Source of the DNA: Neocallimastix sp. 'constans'
Lineage: Eukaryota
Reading direction: 5' to 3'
Assembly (NCBI GenBank): GCA_050613775.1
Contig: JBODTK010000011.1
Coordinates: forward strand, 1,054,001 to 1,118,000
DNA: 64,000 nt
Shown here: piece after piece, positions 52,992-64,000 of the stretch
Layout: each line of letters starts with the position of its first letter
Position numbering within the stretch: position 1 is the stretch's first letter
The notes under the pieces: generated by a model
The model's database searches: none
Told to the model about the DNA's origin: nothing
What the model saw: the letters and a program-made list of their open reading frames with translations, nothing else
Program-made: the position numbers and the translations under genes

Positions 52992-55370
52992 TATAAATCT
53001 ACTAATATTTTTGACACATTCCTAATTATAAATGAAATATTTAGATACCTTAAAAAATAGAGTATCACCAATTGATACACTATATTTTAAATGTGTATCT
53101 TTTAAAATTGGACGAGCAAAAGGGAATTTGTTTAATGAAATTGTATTAGTAATGTTATAAATTAATTTGAAATAATTATTTATTATTTTTTATCTTTTTT
53201 TTTTTTTTTTTTATTTATTTTTATTTATGTTATATTTTTCAACATAAAATAATTTATATTACTTTTTACATAAAATCTTATAACAAAAGAAATGATTTTA
53301 TAATTACTTCTACTTATAACGATATACTACTTAATTAATACTAAACTAATATTAAAAGCTAATAATAACTAATAATAAAAACTAATTAATCATTACTAAA
53401 AATTTCAATAATTTCTTAATATCCTAATTTTTCTTTTCCTGTTTTTAAATACTTTTCTTATTTTTCTATACAACTTTAATTAATAATATTTGTTTATATA
53501 AAAATTAATACTGAGTTATATAAAATAATTACATCAAAAATCCATCAAAATATTTAATAATAATTAGAATTATAAAAATAAATTATTAATTAATTTTACT
53601 ATAAACATAGTTTAAACTATCACAATTGATTTATATCGATTATCCTTAATTTACAAAATTAGATTTTGTATAAGTGAATAATAGTATAAATAGTTGAATA
53701 TTTTTGAAATTAAAAGAAGATTTAAATAAAAATGCTTTATTAGAACACTAAAATGTTTTATAAGAAAGTTTTATTTTAATTTTAAAATTTATAATTTTAT
53801 TTATTTAATTATTATTTTTACATAAAGTAATAATAAATAATAATAAAAAAAATTTTATTATTTGAATTAATAAAATAATAAAATTAAATGTTTATTATTT
53901 ATAACATTTTATTTAACATTTTAATTATGAAAAATATTGTTTATTAAAAAAAACTAATAAACTAATATAATAAAATATTTAATATATTTATACTAATTCA
54001 TTTATAATTTTAATAATAAAAGTTGATTATTAAAAACTAATAAACTAAAATATTTATAATAATTTATTGAACTTTTTAATAACAAAGAATAATTTATAAG
54101 AAATATTCACATGTTTTTATATTTTTCAATAATTTTTTAAACTATTTATTTTTATAAACAATAAAATAAATAAAATAAATAATTGTTATCAATATTTACA
54201 AATAAAGTATTAAAATAAATAGGTTTTAATTAAAATTTGTTTATAAAAGTTATTTTAAAAATAATTAAAATTGAAGTTGTTAAGTTATATAAAATAAATA
54301 AATATTAATTATTATAAAAATTGAAAGTAACTTTAAAACTATTTAGTTATAAGATTTTAAATTTTGTTTGTTTATAATAATTTGTTTAAAGGAGTTTATA
54401 TAAAAATTGTTTATTATTTACAAGTTTATTATTTTATTTGTTTATTAAATATAAAGAGTATTAATTATTTAATTTATCTTGGTTTTTTAATTAAAATAGT
54501 TAATGATTAATTAGATTTTTATTATTTTTTATTTTTATTTTAATTTTTTTTTTTTTTTATTTAATTAAATTTTTTAAAAATGTATTTCGCTTTTTAGAAT
54601 GAATTAGTTTTTAGGTTAAGTTAAATAAGAATTTGTTATTTATTAATTATTTTTAACTTTATAATTTCATTATTTATCAAATTTCTCGGCCCTTAAGTGT
54701 CAACTTTCGTCCCTTGAAGTTGTATCGTTTTCTTGTAGTACATACGGTAAAAAATATTTTTTTATGTGAACTCTTTCTTTTAAGGAGTTTTCCAGTTTGT
54801 GAATCTTCAAGAACTAAGGTACTGAATTTTTTTTTTGTTTATTAAACTACTTTGAATGGTCCATAAAAATAAGGATCTAATTTGCTTCTTTCGATTAGTC
54901 TAATCATTACATAATCTCCTTGGTTTATAAGTTTTTTTCTTAATGCGTTATTATTAAATCCAATTCTATGTTTCCAGTATTTGTTTGTTTGCATAATCTG
55001 AATATTCTGTGGCTTGTTGTACCCATTTTTGATGTCTTTAAAAATCTTCGAAAAATATAGATTCTTCTTCGGTTTCGTTTGGATTTTTGTAGATGTCTGG
55101 AAACATAACTTCGAAAGGACCAAGTATCTTTTGGATTTAAAATCAACAAGTATTGCTTTCACAACCAATTTATTATTGAATTAGAGACTTTTGATAGTAG
55201 TCCAGATAAAACATCAGCTAAAACATTTCTTTTTCTTTTTTTTTTTCATAAACTAGGTTTGTTTTGTATTTATTGAATTCATCTATCTAACGAGCGAGCA
55301 TGTCTATTGTTGTTAGGAATACTTTTCTTGAGCAAACCTAAAAAAGTAGCTTATGATCGGTTAAAAATAT

Positions 55371-55407
<37 letters not shown>

Positions 55408-55681
55408 TGCTGATTCTATGTGGTCTCAATTCTTTTTTTTTTTTTATTATGTAGGTTATAGCTAGGCCTTCTAAATTAGTATATCATCTAATTCTCTATT
55501 AGTATATTGGGAACCTTTTAAAATTGCTCTTCTTTGTTTGATTCCTTTAATTAAATTCAGTTGGATTATAATTATTCAATATAATTATTATTATTATTAT
55601 TAGAAACAAAAAAGTATTTTATTATAGTAATTGGTATTTAACGGTATAAAGTTATTATTATTATTAATTTTATTTATTATA

Positions 55682-56011
<330 letters not shown>

Positions 56012-56728
56012 TAAATTTTTCTTTAGATTTCCAATTTGAATTTTTGATCTAGGTTTATTTTCTTCCATTAATTTAAGAATTGTTTCTCTCTTTGAAGTTA
56101 CTTCCATTGCTTCACTCAGTTTAGTAGGTTCTTATTCTAACGGATGTTCATATATTTTAGGCCAATTTCAGAATGCATTTATATAAAATGAAATATTTAT
56201 GCTATCTTTTCCATCCAATTGTAATTGATTTAATAATTGTAGAAACTTTGCATCAAAGTCAGAAACACTTTCTCCTTTCTTAATTGTTATTGTTGATATT
56301 GTTACTAGGTTAATAAATTTACAAAGATTTTAAAGAATAGATTTGCAATTCCTTTTTATACTAATATAAAATAATAATTAACAATTTAATTAAAAAATAC
56401 ATGTAATCTTAATATCCTCATGCATGTATATAAACTATAGAAAATTTAATAATAAAATAAAAAATAATATTGATAAGAATCTTTTAATAAAATAATTATA
56501 TTATTGTTCATAAAACAATTTAATGATAAAACAATTTAATAATAAAATTATATTGAATAAAAAAAAATAAAATGAATTAAAATATTGAAATTAATTAAAA
56601 AGTCTCTTTTGGAAATCTTTAGAATTATAAGGAATTCTTTAGAATCCTTTAAAAAATTATTGAATAATTTATATAAAACTTATAAACTTATTTAAAATAT
56701 CATAAAATATTACTAATTACTAATTCTG

Positions 56729-56761
<33 letters not shown>

Positions 56762-57093
56762 TTAATATTTGTTTTTAAAAATTAGTAATATAAAATTCAA
56801 GTTAAAGAATTTATCTATATAAATTGTCAATTAATAATTTTGAGTTTTATTTAAAATAATTAAATTATTTTTTATAAATAAGATTTTTTTTTTTAAAGTC
56901 TAATATCTCGTCTCCTAGTTGTCCAATAGGGTTGAATTTAATATATGTTGTAGTTCTCAGTCGTAACTTTCTAATGAACATAGTTTTAGCGGGAATATCG
57001 GATGTAATATTTCCATTATTTGTCGAGTTATCCTTATTTTTTTTCTGAATATTTTTGTCAATTTCTTAAGGGTTAAATTAAATTAAATTATCT

Positions 57094-57393
57094 GGGGATC
57101 GATGCATTTCGCAATCGTACATTTCATAATATGGCGTACATATATTTAAATAAAGCCATACGTTTTTAAGATATTCTATACAATCATAAATAAATATATA
57201 ATTATTATTTTAAAATTCTATTAAAAAAGAATTATAAAAAATTATTTTTATAATTGATATTAATAAATTTTATATATAAAAAAAAAGAATATTTATTATT
57301 TATTATTTATTATTTATTTAATTATAAAAAAAACAAGCCACATTCAAAATACGCCACATTATGAAATACATGATTGCAAAATGTACGATCCCC
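57094..57393. mobile_element. 300-bp MITE with ~45-bp TIRs and a 3-bp TCT TSD
   Basis: GGGGATCGATGCATTTCGCAATC.. / ..GATTGCAAAATGTACGATCCCC; TCT on both flanks. Confidence 0.8.
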
Positions 57394-58102
57394 TCTTTCA
57401 TAAATGAGTCCAAACCCTTTGGTTTCTAATTATTTAATATTCCTAATATTTATTTTTTATAATTAAAATCGAATTAGAATAATTTTTGTCAATAACGAAA
57501 TTTAATTTCAAATGATCTAACCATGAATTATAATCCTAAATCCACTAGTATTCGTGACAAAAATTTGTTATTAGTTAACATTTTTAATATTTATAATTTT
57601 GTTATTTACAAAATAATAAATCTAGTTATAAATAGATTTTTATTTTATTATTTGATTATATAGAAATTGTTTTATATACTTTATAAATATATATAAATAT
57701 ATAAATCTTTATTAATTTATTGATTCATTTATTATTAAAAATTTATTTTATTCAAAAGAGAGAGATTAAAAATATTTTTTTTTAGATTATTATTTTTATA
57801 TTCTAAAATTGATGTAACAACAATATCCAATCAGTAATAATAATAAAATAATAATTATAATTTTATAATAAAATATTCTTTAGAAATAATATTAAAGTAT
57901 TAAAAATTATTAATAATTTATATATAATACTAATAAAATAATCTATTATTATTTATATCATAAATTTTATAGTAAAATTAAAAATATTTTATATATATAA
58001 ATATATATATATATTTTTAATAAATAACGTAATTATAGTTATTATTTATCAAGATTTCTCGCCCTAAGATAAAATTTTATCTGAATAATTAATATAAATA
58101 AT

Positions 58103-58142
<40 letters not shown>

Positions 58143-58151
58143 TTAAAACGA

Positions 58152-61100
58152 TTATATTGAAGCTAAGTAGGGTTTAACATTCTTAACATGGACGTTTCTT
58201 TCTAGTATTTTGTGAGTATCTATTGTTTCTAAAACAAGTGTGTTAAATTTAGAAGCCTTAATTACTTTAAATGGTCCAATGAAAAATGGATCTAATTTCT
58301 TTCTTCCAATGTAGCGAACTAAAACTAAGTCACCAGGTTTATAGGTATGGTTCATACTATCAACTGCTTTGAAGCCAGTAAGAATGAGCTTGCTTTATGT
58401 TTTCCATGGCTTCTTTTACCCATCTTTGGTGACGAATGAATCTTCTTAAATTATATTCATCATCTGATTCATTTTTATTTTTGGCAATGTCAGGAATAAC
58501 AACACTCAATGGCCATAGATCTTTCCTACCATATAGGAGTTCAAAACTACTGAAACCAGTTACGCTAGACCTAGAAGTCCGAAGTGCCCATAGGGAAGCT
58601 GGAATATATTCATCCCAATTTGCTTGATAAAGACAGAGATGTCTTAATATTTTAATGATTTCTCTGTTCCTGTTCTCGACCTGTCCATTAGCTTCTGGAT
58701 GGTGAGGAGCAACAAACTGAATCCACGATCCATATAAATCAACCATTGTTTTAGTGACATCCGACGAGAACTGCGTGCCATTATCTGTTATTATTAGTTC
58801 CGGCACGCCATGTCTTGCAAAAACATCTTTAAGAAAGCTAATTACATCTTGACTTTCTATTTTCTTTAAAGGTGATGCCTCTACCCATTTAGTAGTGTAA
58901 TCTACAAGTACGATTAAGTATTGATTTCCTTTATCTGTAATCGGTAGAGGACCTACAATATCAAGGCCTACTCTAACGAATGGTCTTTCAACAGGAGTGG
59001 GAATATTCGAAAGGTTTTTACTTATAGGCTTCGGACGATAACATTGGCAACGTAAGCATGTTTTAACATGCTTATTTACATCGTTTCTCATGCCTGGCCA
59101 GTAGTACGCTTCTTTTAGTCTTTTGAATGTTTTCTCGGCACCTTCATGGCCCACAAGATGAGCCTTACGAATTGAAGAGGATTTAGTAGAATCGTCCTCT
59201 ATCACTTTTAAAAATTTACCATTTTTGTCTTGAAAAACAAGTTGCCCATTATATAAAGAATAATTATTTTTAACATATTCAATGATTTGGGGAGGAGCGA
59301 AGGAAGAGGTGTCATCGCTATCGGTAAGGATAGACTTAATAGAACTAATACGTGAAGGTAAACGAGACAGAGCATCAGCAAAAACTTTATTTTTACCTTT
59401 TTCATAAATTAAATTAACTCTAAACTCATTAAAAATTGAAATCCACCTAAAATGACGGTCTTTGCTGGGAATACTATGATAGAAAAAACCAACCAAAGGT
59501 TTGTGGTCAGTATAAATATTGACTGGAAAAGGAGAAGCGGCTATATAAGAACGAAACTTCTTTAAAGCAAAGATAACCGCAATACCTTCTTTTTCGGTGA
59601 CAGAGTAGCGGGTTTCAGCATCTTTTAAACAACGGCTTACACAATGAATGAGAAATTCTATGTTAGATTCGTCTTGGACTTGTAACAAAACAGCACCAAC
59701 AGCGTAAGAGGATGCATCAGTCCGTATGATCAGTGGGTGGTGTGGATCTGGGTATTTCAAGACCGAATTTGAACAAATGACATTTTTAAGATTGTTAAAG
59801 GCGTCAGTATGGATGTTTGTCCAGTGAAATGGCTTTTTTGGACTAGTAAGTTTATATAAGCAGTTAGAGATACCTGCAAAATTTGGGATAAACTTCCGGT
59901 AATAGCTGATAAGGCCCAGAAAGGAACGAAGTTGAGTGACGTCTTTAGGAGTATTCCACGAGGCTATTGCAAGAACTTTAGAGGCCATAGGCTTAATGCC
60001 CTCTCTGGTGAGCATGTGGCCAAGAACTTCAACTGAACCTTTACAGAACGAACACTTTTCGAGGTTAATAGAAAATTTATTATCTCTCAAAATGATAAAT
60101 AATTTTTCTAAGTCTTGGAGATGCTGTTCGAATGTCGGAGAATAGACGAGAATGTCATCCATATATACGAAAAGACAAACACCTATTAGTGGCATAAGAA
60201 TACGATTCATCTCCCGTTGGAAGGTAGCAGGAGCATTAGTGAGTCCAAATGGCATTACTAAGAAATTGAAATTTCCAAACTTTGTCGTAAATGCCGTTTT
60301 TTCAACATCTTTTGGGTTCATTGGAATTTGATGGAACCCTGAGAATAGATCAATAGCAGAGAAAAACCTAGCTCCGTGGACCGATTCCAAAAGTTCATCA
60401 ATGAAGGGGAGAGCGTATGCATCTTTTATAGTAATTTGGTTAAGTCGACGGTAGTCGACACACATACGCCATTTACCATTTTTTTTGCGTACAAGTATGA
60501 CTGGGAACGACCAAGGTGAATGTGACGGTTCAATTAATCCATGGTTTAATAACTTAATAATTTCATCTTTGAGGGCCTTGGATTGTTCCAGTGAGATTTT
60601 GTAGGGTCTTAATTTGATCGGTTTTTTATTGGTAAGTTCTATTGTATGTGGTTCAGCTTTAGCAATGGATGCATCATCAATAGAATTTATAAGTACATCT
60701 TTATATTTGTCAATAAGATTATTAAGTTTTATGTTATCAATATCACTAAGTTCAATACCACCATCAGGAAGTTCAGAATAAGCGAGGAATTCATCTGGAT
60801 TACTATAAATAGAGATTCTAAATAATCTATTTGATGTAGTGATATCAGTTGGATGCGCTACGAGTACTGGGTTGGTGTCGGTTTTCATATACAGGGCATC
60901 ATCATCTGGATCGACGAACAAACGATAATCTTTGTGAACCTGGCGACCTATGATAATATCATAAGAAGGGTCGTCGTCATCCAATATATAGAAGGGGGCA
61001 TTAATGACAAGATTTTCAAATTTTAAACATAAATTAATAACTTGATTAGTGGAGGTCATATTCTTTCCAGGGACTTTAAAGTAGTTTCTTTCAAGAATGT

Positions 61101-62229
61101 GGACTTTATGATTTTTAGCAATTAATTCAAAAAAAGGCTTGTTAATGATGTTTACTTCTGCTCCTGTATCTACTAATACTTTCACGACATGTTTATCAAT
61201 GGAACCAATCACAGCGGCGATATTTGCTTTATTTATTAGATTTATTCTTTTTGTGCTAAGGTCGTTTAAATTGGATTCAACTACTTTTTCACTTACAGGA
61301 GTAGAACTTTTGTAATCAGTGTTAATATTTTTAAAAACGCTTATAAGAAAATCGGAGTCATTTTCGTCTAGATTTGTATGGTGAACGGAATTGATTTTTC
61401 TAATATCTTTAGGGTTTAATTTTAAACCCTTAATGCATAAACGTCTTAATAGAGGACTTACGGCAAATAGCTGAGCAAAGGTTATTCCGGCATTCGAATT
61501 GTTTAGGGCTTCAAAGAGGTCATATTCCTTCTTGTCATCTAACATAAGAATAGTTCTGAGGAAGTCATAATAATTTTTCTTTGTAGCGTTGTCGTTGATT
61601 TCCGTGTCTGGAACGTCTATTTCAACCTCCTCATTCTTATTAGTAGAATCCAGACCTATTCTTCTCTTATTTCTTTCTTCTTTATTCTTTTTCTTGGCTG
61701 AAGAAATATTTTTCCCGGCAATAACAGAAGTGTCTAAAATTTCTAATTTATTGGAGTTGTTCTTATGAAGAATTTTACCATTTTGGTTCCGTTGATACAC
61801 TTCTTGATCTGATTTTTCTTGTTGAGCTTTCAGTTGAGTAGCTTTGGTATTTATAGGAGTAGCATTTTCCATAAGTCTCTTTTTGGAAAAAGTATATTGT
61901 TCATTTTTGTTTATTTTGTTAGTATCGGAGTGTTTTCGTTTGATACCATATAAAAGATTATTATTATCTTGGATGCTGGTTGAATTTACTAAATCTTCAT
62001 GTGAGGAATTGTAATTATTTGATTTTTCTTCGGATTCATCTGTAGATGATGTGGTATCAGACTCAGGGGCCTCTGGATAATTATGGTAATGGTTAACTTT
62101 GGATTTTTCACCGTGATGATATGCAGTTGCCTTATGATTATTATGTTCGTTTTTGTTTCTATATTCAAAAGCGCTATCAATTTTGTTTATAAGTCGGGAA
62201 GATTTAGAACTTCCCTTTATTAATTTAAA
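58152..62229 (-). CDS. pol: Pol of element D, with a frameshift at ~58360 separating the integrase C-terminal GPF module
   Basis: DTGA protease, YMDD RT, RH and IN in ORF 58360-61872, whose frame is open up to the slippery site; C-terminus in ORF 58152-58355 in another frame. Confidence 0.9.
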
Positions 62230-63074
62230 TGTTTTTGATATTGGATTATTGTAGCTATTGCTTTGTTCAGATCGGACATTTCATTAGGGCAAAATCTTTC
62301 TTCATGTCCCTTTTCATGACATCTATGGCAAACGTGGATCTTCATTTCAGCGAAGCTTTTGGTCAAAGCTTCTAGATCGGATTCTTGAATATCCTTATCT
62401 ATTTTCTTTCGATCTTTCTCAACTTTATTGAATTTATCTTCTGATAAGTTATTCTGTTTCCTTCTGTTGAAGCTTCTTCTTTTAGGTATTCTGTTAAATT
62501 GTGTACTATCGTATTCATCATCGCTTACATAAGGTTCAATAGTTTCTTCGACCTTCAATGCAATATCGTATGCATCTTTTAATGATTTTGGTTGCTTGGT
62601 CAATAGCGCGTTAAAAACAGGGGTTCTCTTCTTACAAGCTTTTTTATATAAGAATATCAACCTTTCTTCATTTGGCTTGTCTCTTTCGGATATTTCTAAT
62701 AATAGTTCTTTAAATATTTTATTAAACTCTTTAACGGAGTATTTACTAATTTTTAAAGCTTCGAGTTTATGTAAATTAGCGTTAGATATTTTGCTATTAC
62801 TGAATGGTTCCCCTATTTTTGAAATAAAATCGGAGAGTGATAGGTCTTTATTTTCGTAATATATATCAATACTACGATCTTTAGTTTTGCCATAGGTAGT
62901 TAGTATCACGATTTTCTTTTTTTCTTTTTCTGAAAGAGATAAATCTTCGAAGATATCTTCTACTTCCATCTTCCACCGAAAGAATTTAGTATCTCTTCTT
63001 CCTAGAGCGGCAATTTCTTTAGCCATGAGAGTGGCTTTTTCATAATTATTTTCTTTTATTTTATTTGAAGACAT
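62220..63074 (-). CDS. gag: Gag of element D
   Basis: CCHC knuckle CHRCHEKGHEERFC; the first ATG after the PBS is at 63074 (MSSNK). Confidence 0.88.
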   Translation of the reverse strand: MSSNKIKENNYEKATLMAKEIAALGRRDTKFFRWKMEVEDIFEDLSLSEKEKKKIVILTTYGKTKDRSIDIYYENKDLSLSDFISKIGEPFSNSKISNANLHKLEALKISKYSVKEFNKIFKELLLEISERDKPNEERLIFLYKKACKKRTPVFNALLTKQPKSLKDAYDIALKVEETIEPYVSDDEYDSTQFNRIPKRRSFNRRKQNNLSEDKFNKVEKDRKKIDKDIQESDLEALTKSFAEMKIHVCHRCHEKGHEERFCPNEMSDLNKAIATIIQYQKHLN

Positions 63075-63604
63075 AAAATAAAACGGTAGATAATTTAAGA
63101 ATATGGGGAATTGTGTGTTATATAAAGTAGGCTTTCCGGGGTAAGAGTGGTTCTCCACCACTTAATAAATCTTGGTTATAAATAGATTTTTATTTTATTA
63201 TTTGATTATATAGAAATTGTTTTATATACTTTATAAATATATATAAATATATAAATCTTTATTAATTTATTGATTCATTTATTATTAAAAATTTATTTTA
63301 TTCAAAAGAGAGAGATTAAAAATATTTTTTTTTAAATTATTATTTTTATATTCTAAAATTGGTGTAACAACAATATCCAATCAGTAATAATAATAAAATA
63401 ATAATTATAATTTTATAATAAAATATTCTTTAGAAATAATATTAAAGTATTAAGAATTATTAATAATTTATATATAATACTAATAAAATAATCTATTATT
63501 ATTTATATCATAAATTTTATAGTAAAATTAAAAATATTTTATATATATAAATATATATATATTTTTAATAAATAACGTAATTATAGTTATTATTTATCAA
63601 AAAA

Positions 63605-64000
63605 TGGTGCAATGTAAATGAACTTTTAAAATTTAAATCTAATTATATTAATATTCACAATAATAAGTAATTCACACTAAAGTTGTAAATTATAACTAAA
63701 TACTTAAATTCTACTTTATAAATTGTTTATTTAATTTTTATTAAATTTTTATTTTTGATCAATTGAAATCTCAATTTAGATCAATTGTCATTCAATCTAA
63801 TTTTTTACATTTAATAAAGTTATATGTGGAAAAGAGAGAGTCTTAATAATTTCTAATTTTATACTTTATATATAAATTTCAATTTAATTTATCCTTTTAT
63901 GGATTAATTTGATTTTCTATTTTTTTATGTAAATTTAATTTTATTTAATTTTAATTTTTCACTTGGTCTCGTACCAAGATCTCCCCCCTAAGCTTGGACT
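63605..64000 (-). mobile_element. 3' LTR (63605-63976) and PPT of element E, which extends beyond the window; related to element A
   Basis: TGGT..ACCA termini resembling the A LTR (GGTCTCGTACCA vs GGTCTTGTACCA), preceded on minus by the PPT AGGGGGGAGA. Confidence 0.72.

Larger units (their letters stand above)
57614..63599 (-). mobile_element. Full-length Ty3/gypsy LTR retrotransposon D
   Basis: LTRs 57614-58051 and 63163-63599 (~5-6 differences); PBS TGGTGGAGAACC (63149-63160, tRNA-Ala type); PPT AGGGCGAGAA; gag and pol. Confidence 0.95.

Noticed and set aside
56905..56926. PBS of element C (TGGACAACTAGGAG)
   Set aside because: I could not match it to a tRNA 3' end, and no clear LTR start follows.
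63075..63161. N-terminal extension of element D gag from the GTG at 63161
   Set aside because: It starts at the PBS; the ATG at 63074 is the plausible eukaryotic start.

Overview
Extremely AT-rich eukaryotic DNA, inferred to be from an anaerobic gut fungus (Neocallimastigomycota) because of its composition, short GT-AG introns, a bacterial-type YeiH gene and a dockerin-like relic. Two clusters of Ty3/gypsy LTR retrotransposons dominate, all coding elements on the minus strand. Cluster 1 (1-16617) stacks element A, a non-coding TG..CA unit X and an intact young element B, each followed by the same 4-bp CAAC, ending 16 nt upstream of a tRNA-Cys(GCA) gene. This fits repeated tRNA-gene-targeted integration at one site. 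Cluster 2 (~54600-64000) stacks a decayed element C, element D and the LTR of element E across short A-run junctions. Elements A, B and D each carry a -1 frameshift signal, and B has a ~1.4-kb structured 5' leader. Between the clusters lie an intronless YeiH-family transporter gene, two paralogous five-exon genes sharing a 5-nt microexon, a 7TM protein gene, copia and gypsy relics, MITE/foldback elements and many simple repeats. All calls were made by eye, with no database searches.
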